Below the pieces are notes generated by a model, which was given only the letters and a program-made list of their open reading frames with translations, was not told the origin of the DNA and searched no databases. The translations under genes were made by a program, and so were the position numbers. This document shows positions 8,736-18,311 of a stretch of 35,327 nt of DNA, piece by piece. This stretch comes from Cyanophyceae cyanobacterium (GTDB lineage Bacteria > Cyanobacteriota > Cyanobacteriia > Cyanobacteriales > JBHJGN01): assembly GCA_050331735.1 (NCBI GenBank), contig JBHJGN010000070.1:1-35327 (forward strand). Reading direction: 5' to 3'. Each line of letters starts with the position of its first letter. Position 1 is the first letter of the stretch.

Positions 8736-9166
8736 TCGTTTTGGCTGAACAAAAACGGCATGAAACTCAATTTTGACAGCGTAGTTTTCTAGCGGTTCAA
8801 TAGCCGGACCCTCTATTAAGCTGCCATCTGGAGCAAATTTCGAGCCATGACAGGGACAGACAAAGTTTTCTGCTTCAGCTTCCCATTCCACAAAACAGCC
8901 CATATGAGGACAGGTAGGATCGACAGCCATCAATCTTGTTTCTGAGGGTGCAACAATCAGGATGGGACCAACAGTCGATTCTTCTCTGAAAATTGACCTG
9001 TTTGCTCTAATTCTTCGGCAATGCTGACCTGTTGCCACTTAACAGATTGTGGTTGAGACTCAAATGAGCGGTTGGATTTGTCTGGGAAAGTCATGGCAAT
9101 TGCTACAGGGAAGGAATTAGCCATCCAACCAACACCAAATAAGGCGAGAAGATTACGACGTTTCAT
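8736..9166 (-). pseudogene. Tat-exported Rieske [2Fe-2S] protein (PetC3-like), frameshifted
   Basis: N-terminus MKRRNLLALFGVGW is in one frame and CPHMGC...CPCHGS in another; the shift is at the A-run 8989-8992. The C-terminus reads on far past the domain; the end coordinate is approximate. Confidence 0.8.
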
Positions 9167-9346
9167 TAACATTAATTGCGACTACATTGACATTGTCACG
9201 AGCAGAGTTGTCGCCGTCAAGAGTAAATGGATTGTCAACTCAACAGTACGAATCTGTTTGAGCAAAGCGATAGTTAAAATTCTTTCCACACCTAGCTTTC
9301 CGCCAGGAGCAGACGTTTTCGTTCCGTTGCTACTCACGGGCGTCCT

Positions 9347-10687
9347 CTAGTTCCCAGCAAATTGAATAGTTTTTGCTGTTAATAATTGAGCTACTTTTGG
9401 GTCGTGAGAAGTGACGATCGCGCTTCCGCCTTCTTGAGCAAATAAATCTAATCCTGCTAACATTAATTCCAGCGATCGCGGGTCTTGTCCCACAGTAATT
9501 TCATCAAGTAAACAAATCCTAGGATTTCGGGCTAAAACCGCAGCAAAGGTTAAGCGCCGTTTTTGACCTCTAGAAAGAGATTGAGGGTGACGGTCGCGTA
9601 ATTGAGCCAGGTTTAATTGTTCTAGCCAGCGATTAGAAGCGGTTTCGCTAATTCCTACTTGTTTAACTTCCGCTTCGACTGACTCTGCAAATAATTGATG
9701 TTCGGGATTTTGTAAGACAAAACCAACCGTTTTAGCGAGTTCAGTAATCGGACGGTCCACTACTTTTTTGCCTAACAGCCACCAGTTTCCCGTTTGCGGA
9801 TGCAGTAACCCTGATAATAGTTTTAAGAGCGTTGTTTTCCCACAGCCATTTTCTCCTTGTAACAAGATAATTTCTCCCTGATACAGACTTAAATTGGGAA
9901 AGGAGGGATAGCCTCCCCAGCTCAAATTATCCGTTTCTAACACTAGGGTAGCTTGAGGAGAAGGCAGATTTAATTCTCGCTGAGGTTTTGAGGAAAAATA
10001 ATTAGGGATTCCTTTTTTTAAGAATTCCTCTTCAAAAGAGTAAGCGTGATCGCATAAATCTGCTACTAAATCAAACCGATGTTCGATTATCAAAATGCCT
10101 TGTCCTTGGTGGCTACAGTTACGCAATAATTGACGCAACTGTTGACTATTTGCTTGATCTAAATAAGCAAAAGGTTCATCGAGTAATAAAATTGATTGTC
10201 CCATCATTAAAACACAAGCTAAAACCAAGCGTTGTTTTTGTCCCGCAGAGAGTCTCTCAATTTGCCATTGTGCTTGTGAAATTAAGCCAAATTTCCTCAA
10301 AGAACTTTCCACAAGTAAAGGAATGCGATCGCTGCTAATATTAAGATTTTCCAGACCAAATGCTAATTCTTCCCAGACCGTATCTGTAAAGATTTGGGTT
10401 TCTACATTTTGTAATAAAACGCCAAAATAACGAGCGCGATCACGCACCGATTGTTGCGATAATGCTTTGTTTTTAACGGCAATTTCACCCGCTAATTCCC
10501 CTTGAATATGAGCAGGAGAAATCCCGGCCAAACAATTTAATAGGGTAGTTTTTCCGCTGCCAGTTGCCCCAGAAATGAGAATAATTTCTCCTGAATTGAG
10601 GGTGAGATTAACATTAGAAAAAGTTGGCTGCGATTGATTGCTGTAGGTAAATTTTAAATCAGTAATTGTTAAAAGTGGGTTAGACAT
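9347..10687 (-). CDS. ECF transporter fused double ATPase (A-A')
   Basis: Two ABC domains: GATGSGKTT/LSAGQKQR/LLLDEP and GENGCGKTT/LSRGQKRR/LLDE; ECF-type QNPEHQLF. Confidence 0.9.
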   Translation of the reverse strand: MSNPLLTITDLKFTYSNQSQPTFSNVNLTLNSGEIILISGATGSGKTTLLNCLAGISPAHIQGELAGEIAVKNKALSQQSVRDRARYFGVLLQNVETQIFTDTVWEELAFGLENLNISSDRIPLLVESSLRKFGLISQAQWQIERLSAGQKQRLVLACVLMMGQSILLLDEPFAYLDQANSQQLRQLLRNCSHQGQGILIIEHRFDLVADLCDHAYSFEEEFLKKGIPNYFSSKPQRELNLPSPQATLVLETDNLSWGGYPSFPNLSLYQGEIILLQGENGCGKTTLLKLLSGLLHPQTGNWWLLGKKVVDRPITELAKTVGFVLQNPEHQLFAESVEAEVKQVGISETASNRWLEQLNLAQLRDRHPQSLSRGQKRRLTFAAVLARNPRICLLDEITVGQDPRSLELMLAGLDLFAQEGGSAIVTSHDPKVAQLLTAKTIQFAGN

Positions 10688-11372
10688 ACAAAATTCCTAA
10701 CAACAATCCGAGACAGCCAAGAACAAATAGGGTATCAGGCAAAGACCAGGTTAAGGGTTGACTCATACTGCGGGACGAGTCAGGATCATAACCACGAGTT
10801 TCCAGCCCGATCGCAACTTCATCGGCATAAGAAACAATCCGAAAAATTAAAGGAATAAATAATCCTGAAACCACGTAGCGAGGCTGACGACTTAAATCAA
10901 TTCCTCGCAACTGATTGGCTTCAATAATACGGGTAGCTTCTCGCTGCATTAACGGCAAAAAACGCCAAGTTAGCATTACACTTAAGACTAAAAAACTGGG
11001 AAGGCGCAATGCTTGTAAGGCACGCACTAAAGAGGCGGGAGGCGTGGTTGCAGAAAGTAATGGTGTCGGTAAGGTAATGGCTAAAAGACGAAGCGTGTTA
11101 GTGATGGCAAAGTTCCAATCTCCTTGGGATAAGCCAACGGCAATTAACGTAAAAATCATGAGAAGCGCGATCGCTATTAGAATTAATCGGAAAGTTAGTT
11201 TAACTTCCCAAAGCATGAGGAAGAGAAAAACACCTGCAACCAAGCCTGCGGTTTGAATCTCTTGTAAAGCAAAGGCAATACTGGTAAACACTAAACTAGC
11301 TGCAATCTTTGCTAGCGGATTTACTCTGATTAAAAAACTGCGTTTGCGAGAAGCAAGCTGATCAATCATCAT
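10680..11372 (-). CDS. ECF transmembrane T component (EcfT/CbiQ family)
   Basis: NPLAKI, RFLPLM..EA.RI.EANQLRG, ETRGY conserved XRX motifs. Confidence 0.9.
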   Translation of the reverse strand: MMIDQLASRKRSFLIRVNPLAKIAASLVFTSIAFALQEIQTAGLVAGVFLFLMLWEVKLTFRLILIAIALLMIFTLIAVGLSQGDWNFAITNTLRLLAITLPTPLLSATTPPASLVRALQALRLPSFLVLSVMLTWRFLPLMQREATRIIEANQLRGIDLSRQPRYVVSGLFIPLIFRIVSYADEVAIGLETRGYDPDSSRSMSQPLTWSLPDTLFVLGCLGLLLGILYV

Positions 11373-11502
11373 GATTAGTTATTTGTTCCAAAAACGATGA
11401 ACGATGAACAAATTATTAAGCTGAGGTGCATTTAAACTGGGTACTGTCTCTAAAAACCTGCCTCCTGCCAATACATAAATTAAAAGCGTGACAGCTTAAT
11501 TA

Positions 11503-12057
11503 TTAACGGTTAATTATTTTCCCCGCTTTTTGCAGTTGTGTGACCACCTTTTCCCCCAACCACCAGCCAACAGCCCCAGACACTCCAGACAGCACGGTCA
11601 TTGGCGCTAAAATCCAGGCTTGACTCAACCAAGCAGCAAACGCTTCTCCCGCCACATAAGCCCCAATTAAAGCCCCTGCAACCGTAGCACTGCTAAAAAA
11701 AAGCACATTTCCTAGCAAGCGATCGCTCTTTTGGCGATATCCTCCTCGCGCTAACATGACTACCTCTGTGACTAAAATTGCCACACCGAGAAAAGCGCTA
11801 ATAATTAGAGAAACGCGACTTAAAATCAGCGCCAACGTACCAATGGTTAACGCGACGCTGCCACTGCGCTGCAATCTTGCCATTGCTAGAGTCAGAAATA
11901 TTGCTGCCAAAGGAGCCCAGACAATGGTGCGAATCCCTGGCAACGGAATCGAAATCACCAAGGGAACGGTGACAATACTGGCAATGGCGATGCCAATACT
12001 CATAAACGCGGCAAAGACATAATCTCCTAGCTGCCAAGTTCGGTTTTGCGATGCCAT
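11503..12057 (-). CDS. ECF substrate-specific S component (MptD/heme-ECF-like)
   Basis: 184 aa, about 6 TM segments, directly upstream of EcfT/EcfAA'; pattern DYVFAA...P..A.FL.L..ARL.RSG. Confidence 0.7.
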   Translation of the reverse strand: MASQNRTWQLGDYVFAAFMSIGIAIASIVTVPLVISIPLPGIRTIVWAPLAAIFLTLAMARLQRSGSVALTIGTLALILSRVSLIISAFLGVAILVTEVVMLARGGYRQKSDRLLGNVLFFSSATVAGALIGAYVAGEAFAAWLSQAWILAPMTVLSGVSGAVGWWLGEKVVTQLQKAGKIINR

Positions 12058-12066
12058 AAACTGCTC

Positions 12067-14412
12067 CTAAAACTGACTGCGTAAGCCAAATAAAACCCTC
12101 ACTCCAGGGGCTTTCGCAGTGGAAGTGGGATAAAAGTAGTCTGTATCGAAAAGATTTTCTACAGACAGAGTGAGTTCTTGTGTGGGGGTGAGTTGATACC
12201 CCAAACCCAGATCAACCGCGACGGCGCCCTCAGTTCCTTCGCCAATGACACCACCACTGAGTAAAACTTCTCCTTGGTCATCGTAGATGCGGGTTTGTAA
12301 AAAGCCACTGAAGCGCTCATCTTCATACAGTAAACGCACTAAAGCAGTGGTCGGAAAATCTTCTAACTGACTCAGCGGTTGACCCGATTCATCTTCACTA
12401 TCAACAATGGCAAGATTCCCTTCAATCGACCATTGCGGACTCAATTGATAGCCGAGCTTAAATTCTACCCCTTGGATTAAAATGTCTTTATTGGCTGTTT
12501 GCAGCGTGGGACTGCCCGGAGGTCCGGCGGGAGTTAAAGGGGCAACCCCGATAAAATCACTGATGTCATTGCGAAAATAGGTCACGCCACCGCTTAACGT
12601 GCCGTTATCAAAGTTTAGTCCGATGTCGAAATTATTCGCTCGTTCTGGATCTAAATCGGCGTTAGAGCGCACAAACCCGCGAGTTGGGGAAAAAGAGTCT
12701 TCAGCAAAGAGGTCTTGCAAAGTAGGCGGTCGAAAGCCTTGGGCAAAATAGACGCGGGCGGCTAAATTATCGGTCAATTCATAGACCAAACCGGCATTAA
12801 AGGTAACAGCACTCTCATCGCTTTCGTCTCCGCCGCTTTCTGTATCAAAAATATCAAAGCGGATCCCCCCAGCAAGGGTTAAATCCTCAATCGCATCAAA
12901 TGTTGACTGTAGGAAAACCCCGTTAAACGTTCGCGTGCCAAGAGGGGTTTCGCTTTCTGAAACTTCCCTAGCAGGGGAGGGAATTGTTGGCTCAAAAAGA
13001 ACAAAGTCTGTCTCTGTATCGGTTTCGGAGGTTTGGGCATCTCGACTAAAATCATAGCCGTAGGTAAGAACGAAGTCTTCACTAAGATTGCTGGTTCCTT
13101 TGGCGGAAAAGCCGAAGGTTTCGGTGAGGGTATCTTGCTGATTGTCGTTAATTTGCACTCCCGCGACCAGCGTTGGCGGTCCAAAGCCAGTGGCGATGGG
13201 AAAGGGTCTGGTAATTTCCTGAGTCGAATCGAAGCGTCGATCGCTGCGGAGATAATAGCCTTCTAACTCCACTGCCGTTGCTCCTTCACGGATGTAGGTT
13301 AAGGAGAAGCGATCCGTGTTGCGAAAATCGTTTTCGGCGCGGGTGAAAGGCTCGGTAAAACCGCTTAAATCTGCCCCGTTTTGCCGAAACAGTTCTCCCC
13401 TGATTTCTAGACGATCGCGATCGCTAAAATCAATTCCGCCTGCTGCGTAAGCGTTAAAAACTTCGTAATCAGTCCCCAGAGGAATATCATTGCCATCTCC
13501 ATCTTCCGCATCGCCTCCGGTTCGCGCGGCTAAGCCTAAAACATAGTTTGAGCCAGCCACTTCCAAGTTGCCATTAAATTCCGCAAAACCGCCTCCATAG
13601 AAATAGGAACGGACCCCAAACTCTCGATCGGGTCGCGGGCTGGTGGTGATGACGTTGACCACACCGCCAAAGGCATCCGCGCCATAGAGGGAAGAAGCCG
13701 GACCTTTGAGAACTTCAATCCGTTCAATGCGAAAGGGATCAACGGAGCCAAAATCGGGACCAAACTCTAGATTCGGTTGGCGATTGCCATTGATGAGTAG
13801 ACCAATTCGTTCTCCCGTCACCCCGCGAATGTTTGCTGAAGAAGTAATGGGTCCAAGACGATTAAGAGTCACTCCTGGAACGGTTTGGATCGCATCTCCC
13901 GTATTGCGGATTAACGCCCGACGTCGATTCAGTTCCTCTTCTGTTACTGTTTCCACACTGGCTGGGGTTTCTGCAACGGGAGTAGGACGGCGAGTGCTGA
14001 TGATCACCAATTCAATGGGCGGAGGTAAAACGGTTACTGTGAACCCAGTGGGGGCTTCTTCTAGAGAGATATTGGGTCGCTGATTGTTGCCAACCACTTC
14101 CACCCGCACTGTCTGCTCGTCCAACGGAAACACCCTCACAGCAGCAATGTCAGGAGTCGGGTTATTGCGGATGAACGGCTCCCCCCCAGCTAAGTTAAGT
14201 TGCGTATTGGGAAAATCAATGGCGATCGTGGTTTCATTCAAGGGCGTCTGCTGACCAGAAGAAAGTTCCAATTCCGCATCCAGGGTAATCGTCAACCCAC
14301 CATCGGCAGTTGCTTCCACCTGCACTTGGGTAATTCTTGTTTGCGCCAAGACTGGATGTACAACTGTCGTGACCAAGGCACTCAAACTAACCACTGAAAA
14401 TAAACGGTTCAC
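12067..14412 (-). CDS. AMIN-domain TonB-dependent receptor, heme/tetrapyrrole-receptor-like
   Basis: Signal peptide, AMIN domain, plug VDPFRIERIEVLKGPASSLYGADAFGGVVN, FRPPT...SNADLDPE (FRAP/NPNL-like), terminal Phe; GAGGAG RBS. Confidence 0.9.
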   Translation of the reverse strand: MNRLFSVVSLSALVTTVVHPVLAQTRITQVQVEATADGGLTITLDAELELSSGQQTPLNETTIAIDFPNTQLNLAGGEPFIRNNPTPDIAAVRVFPLDEQTVRVEVVGNNQRPNISLEEAPTGFTVTVLPPPIELVIISTRRPTPVAETPASVETVTEEELNRRRALIRNTGDAIQTVPGVTLNRLGPITSSANIRGVTGERIGLLINGNRQPNLEFGPDFGSVDPFRIERIEVLKGPASSLYGADAFGGVVNVITTSPRPDREFGVRSYFYGGGFAEFNGNLEVAGSNYVLGLAARTGGDAEDGDGNDIPLGTDYEVFNAYAAGGIDFSDRDRLEIRGELFRQNGADLSGFTEPFTRAENDFRNTDRFSLTYIREGATAVELEGYYLRSDRRFDSTQEITRPFPIATGFGPPTLVAGVQINDNQQDTLTETFGFSAKGTSNLSEDFVLTYGYDFSRDAQTSETDTETDFVLFEPTIPSPAREVSESETPLGTRTFNGVFLQSTFDAIEDLTLAGGIRFDIFDTESGGDESDESAVTFNAGLVYELTDNLAARVYFAQGFRPPTLQDLFAEDSFSPTRGFVRSNADLDPERANNFDIGLNFDNGTLSGGVTYFRNDISDFIGVAPLTPAGPPGSPTLQTANKDILIQGVEFKLGYQLSPQWSIEGNLAIVDSEDESGQPLSQLEDFPTTALVRLLYEDERFSGFLQTRIYDDQGEVLLSGGVIGEGTEGAVAVDLGLGYQLTPTQELTLSVENLFDTDYFYPTSTAKAPGVRVLFGLRSQF

Positions 14413-14443
14413 CTGAACTCCTCATATTCAGACTTTCAATTCT

Positions 14444-14458
14444 TCTCAATTTTTGAGA
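14444..14458. promoter_or_regulatory. Palindromic operator candidate in the divergent TBDT/chelatase promoter
   Basis: TCTCAA-TTT-TTGAGA perfect 6-3-6 inverted repeat, overlapping a Fur-like TTGAGAAGAATT on the minus strand. Confidence 0.4.
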
Positions 14459-14591
14459 GAAAGAAAAAACTTTCAGAAAATCCTACCAGCTTAACCAAAA
14501 CCCAGCTATGCCCCTCCCCTGCTAGGGCATAGCCAAAATGAGGCTTAACTGTTAAAGTTATGAGCAATTTTTAGGAATCGTCTCCAATAGA

Positions 14592-17500
14592 ATGATGTCT
14601 TCAGCCCCAGTGCAGATCACTGTAATTGCCCCGACTGCTTGTCTTGGGGATCTTGATAAGGCAGTTCGCCTCCAAACTGAGACCCCTGCCATTGAACTTC
14701 ATTCTTTCTCGGTGCGCCAAATTCAAGACGGCTCGATTGCTAGGGAAACGGTTCTAGAGAGTATTCAAAGCGCGATCGCGCTGCTATTTGATCTTCGTGG
14801 TAATCCTGATCGCGCTCTTGCCCTCGTTCGAGAAGCGCTTTCGGCAACCGCAGACACTAACATTGCTTTTATTCCCGTCTTTGAGGGCAGTCCTGCCATC
14901 ATGGGCTTAGTCCGCATGGGGAATTTTGCCCCCGCGATGCCACCTCAGTCAGCCGGACTCCCCCCTGAAACGACGCGTCAGGCAGAAAACTGGGCAAAAT
15001 GCGTGACCTATTGGACGAATTCGGGAACAGATAATTTAGCCAACCTGCTGCGTTTTGTTGCGTCTGAATATGGCGGGATAGCGACCGAAGTGGCAGACCC
15101 CATCATCTACCCTGATTTCGGGTTTATGGATTTGGATACAGGGACTCGCTACACGACCTATGAAGAGTACCTTCAAAACCATCCATTGGATGCTAATCTG
15201 CCCACAGTTGCGGTCATTTTCTACAGTGGAACAACCCTGACCACTAACCTACTCGGAGGTGCAGAATTACTGCAAACTTTGGAAAAGCAAGCGAATTTAC
15301 TGCCTTTCTTCAGTGATGGCATTGCCACAGCCGATGCAATCCAACAACACCTATTTCGCAATGGTCGTCCAGTCTGCGATGGAATCGTTTCCCTGTTACG
15401 CTTTCGCTTAGATGGCGGTCCCTTGGGGGGCAATCCCGAAAAAACCATTAACCTCCTCCAACAGTTCAACGTTCCCTACATTGTTCCTCTGAGCGCCAAC
15501 AACCAAGATATTGACCAGTGGCACGAAAGCGCGATCGGGCTGGGGGCAACGGAAACCCTTTCTCTAGTTTCGCTCCCAGAAATGGATGGCGCGATCGATC
15601 CCGTGATGCTGTACGGTGTGCAAAAGGAAATGGCAACTCCCATTCCTGGGCGAGGAGAAAAAGTCGCCCGTAGACTCCTCAACCGCATCGCCTTGAAGAA
15701 ACCCAATGTCGAGAAACGAGTGGCGATTGTGATCTTTGATTATCCTCCAGGGGAAGGCACTCTTGGAACAGCCTCCTTTTTGGATGTCTTTGCCTCAGTT
15801 GAAGCCATCCTCACCCGCTTGCAGAAGGCTGGCTATCAGGTTACTCCTCCGGCGTCGGGAACACTCAAAGACAGCTTCCTCAAAAAAGGACTGGTTCACA
15901 ATGGGGAGTTTACCTCGATTCAACTCACGGCTCAAAATGCCATTCGCGTTCCTCTCCAACAATATCTACACTGGTACCAGCAACTTCCTGCTGCCTTGCG
16001 AGCGAGGACCGAAGCCGTTTTTGGCGATCCGCCAGGAGATTTGATGACGGATCGAGGAGATATTCTCCTCGCGGCGCTCGAATTTGGCAATGCGATCGTC
16101 GCCGTTCAACCTTCCAGGGGCGTTCATGAAGATCCGACTAAAATTCACCATGACGATAGCTTACCCCCTCACCACCAGTACATTGCCCTCTATCGCTGGC
16201 TGGAAGAAAGCGCGAACGTTGATGCGATCGTTCACGTTGGCACTCATGGTACGTTTGAATTCTTACCGGGCAAGCAAGTTGCCCTGGCTGCTGAAGATGC
16301 CCCGGATGCCCTTTTAGGAGATTTGCCCCATCTCTACGTTTATCATGTTGTGAATGTTTCCGAAGGCTCGATCGCAAAACGGCGCAGTTACGCGCAATTG
16401 GTTAGCTATGCCTCTCCTACCTTTGCCCCCGCTGGACTCTATGCCGAATTAAGCCAACTCGAAGACACCATAGCTGAATACGAAGAGATGAAGACCAATT
16501 TACCGCGCCGAGTCGCCATCCTCGATCAGATTATGGCTTTGTGTCAAGAATACGGTCTTCCCTTCCCTAATTCTCGTCCTCATGGCATTCCCGACGATTT
16601 TTCACCCTACGAGGAAGCCTTGGAAGAATTACACCATACCCTTTTTGAATGGAAGCGCTCAGCAATTCCTGTTGGCTTGCACACTTTTGGTCAAACCTTA
16701 ACAGGAGAAGGATTAATCAACTACCTCAATCTTGTTGCCCGCTACGATCGCGCTGAAATCCCATCTCTCCCTCGCCTTTTGGCACAAAGAAAAGGATGGG
16801 ACTACGATCGCTTGCTCGATAGCGCTGACCCGAAAGTGGAATCTCTGGCGGCTGAAAGCTCGAACTTGATCGCCCGTCTACTTGAGGGGGAAGAAACGGT
16901 TACAGAAGACTGCAAGCCAATCACGTCTTACTTAAAAGATGTGGCAGAACGCATTCGCAACACCGATGAAATTGGGGCTTTATTGCACGCCCTTGATGGA
17001 GGGTATCTTGAACCAGGAATGGGAGGCGATCCCGTGCGATCGCCGCACACCTATCCGACCGGACGCAATACCTTTCAATTCGATCCGACCAAACTGCCAA
17101 CAGACAGCGCCTACGACCGAGGGTCACAAATTGCTGAGGAAACCCTCACTCGGTACTATCAAGAAAATGGCACTTATCCTGAATCAGTAGGAGTGATTCT
17201 CTGGGGGTTTGAAACCTGTAAAACCTTTGGTGAAACGATTGGACAAGTCTTGCATTACATTGGGGTGAAAGTTGATCGCGGTCGTGGTTACTTTATGAAA
17301 CCTGTCATCGTTCCTTTGAGTGAATTAGGTCGTCCTCGCATCGATGTCACCATCAATATTTGTGGCTTCTTCCGCGATTTATTCCCGAATTTAGTGAACC
17401 TCATTGATGAAGCCTTTCAAACCGTTGCAGAACTGGATGAACCAATGGAACTCAATGCCGTGCGTCGCCATGTCTTCCAGTTGCAATCAAAACTGGGAGA

Positions 17501-18272
17501 CACCCTAGAAGGACGAATGGCAGCAGGACGCTTGTTTGGTCCCCCTCCCGGCGAATATGGAAATCGGCTGAGTACGCTGATTGAAACCGCCGCTTGGGAA
17601 GAAGCAGCAGACCTCGGACGCACTTATCTCGAACGAACCCAGTATCTCTATGGTCGGGAAATGCCAGGAATGGAATCCCGCACTAGTTTGGAAGCTGCTC
17701 TAGCCAACACCCAAATCATTAGTCAAGTGCGAGACTGCCATGAATTTGAAGTGACCGATCTCGATCATTACTATGAATTTTTCGGCGGGATGGCGCAAGC
17801 AACCGCAGTGGTAACGGGAAAACGCCCTGATGTTCTTATTGCTGACACCACAGGAGAACGCATCAGCGTCAAATCTTTAAATCAAGCGGTGCAAAAAGGA
17901 GTGTCAACCCGTCTTCTTAATCCGAAGTGGATCGAAGGAATGTTGCAGCACGACCACAAAGGAGGACAGCAAATTGCTGATCGGGTGGAGTATTTGCTGG
18001 GCTTAGAAGCAACAACGGGCAGTGTCGGAGAAAGCACTTGGCACAAAGTTGCCCAGCGTTTTGTTTTTGATGTGCAGATGCGCGAACGTTTGCAAGCCAA
18101 CAATCCTTATGCCGTGGCTGAAATCGTTCAAAAATTGGGAGAAGCCAACTATCGCGGTTATTGGCAACCAACAGAAGCTGAAACTGAACAATTAAAAGAG
18201 GCTTATCGCGAGATTGAACGCGCCATTGAATTAGGGGAAACAGACTGCTCAAACTTCCACCTCCCCGCGTAG
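14592..18272 (+). CDS. CobN/magnesium chelatase H-family protein (non-canonical paralog)
   Basis: 1226 aa; LPEMDGAI, VHVGTHGTFEFLPGKQ, SEGSIAKRRSYA, GGDPVRSP..YPTGRN, ELGRPRIDV, DLDHYYEFFGG, TRLLNPKWIEGMLQH. Confidence 0.92.
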   Translation: MMSSAPVQITVIAPTACLGDLDKAVRLQTETPAIELHSFSVRQIQDGSIARETVLESIQSAIALLFDLRGNPDRALALVREALSATADTNIAFIPVFEGSPAIMGLVRMGNFAPAMPPQSAGLPPETTRQAENWAKCVTYWTNSGTDNLANLLRFVASEYGGIATEVADPIIYPDFGFMDLDTGTRYTTYEEYLQNHPLDANLPTVAVIFYSGTTLTTNLLGGAELLQTLEKQANLLPFFSDGIATADAIQQHLFRNGRPVCDGIVSLLRFRLDGGPLGGNPEKTINLLQQFNVPYIVPLSANNQDIDQWHESAIGLGATETLSLVSLPEMDGAIDPVMLYGVQKEMATPIPGRGEKVARRLLNRIALKKPNVEKRVAIVIFDYPPGEGTLGTASFLDVFASVEAILTRLQKAGYQVTPPASGTLKDSFLKKGLVHNGEFTSIQLTAQNAIRVPLQQYLHWYQQLPAALRARTEAVFGDPPGDLMTDRGDILLAALEFGNAIVAVQPSRGVHEDPTKIHHDDSLPPHHQYIALYRWLEESANVDAIVHVGTHGTFEFLPGKQVALAAEDAPDALLGDLPHLYVYHVVNVSEGSIAKRRSYAQLVSYASPTFAPAGLYAELSQLEDTIAEYEEMKTNLPRRVAILDQIMALCQEYGLPFPNSRPHGIPDDFSPYEEALEELHHTLFEWKRSAIPVGLHTFGQTLTGEGLINYLNLVARYDRAEIPSLPRLLAQRKGWDYDRLLDSADPKVESLAAESSNLIARLLEGEETVTEDCKPITSYLKDVAERIRNTDEIGALLHALDGGYLEPGMGGDPVRSPHTYPTGRNTFQFDPTKLPTDSAYDRGSQIAEETLTRYYQENGTYPESVGVILWGFETCKTFGETIGQVLHYIGVKVDRGRGYFMKPVIVPLSELGRPRIDVTINICGFFRDLFPNLVNLIDEAFQTVAELDEPMELNAVRRHVFQLQSKLGDTLEGRMAAGRLFGPPPGEYGNRLSTLIETAAWEEAADLGRTYLERTQYLYGREMPGMESRTSLEAALANTQIISQVRDCHEFEVTDLDHYYEFFGGMAQATAVVTGKRPDVLIADTTGERISVKSLNQAVQKGVSTRLLNPKWIEGMLQHDHKGGQQIADRVEYLLGLEATTGSVGESTWHKVAQRFVFDVQMRERLQANNPYAVAEIVQKLGEANYRGYWQPTEAETEQLKEAYREIERAIELGETDCSNFHLPA

Positions 18273-18311
18273 GATCAGAAGCTCAACTTGTGTTCCCTTT
18301 ACAGTCTATAG

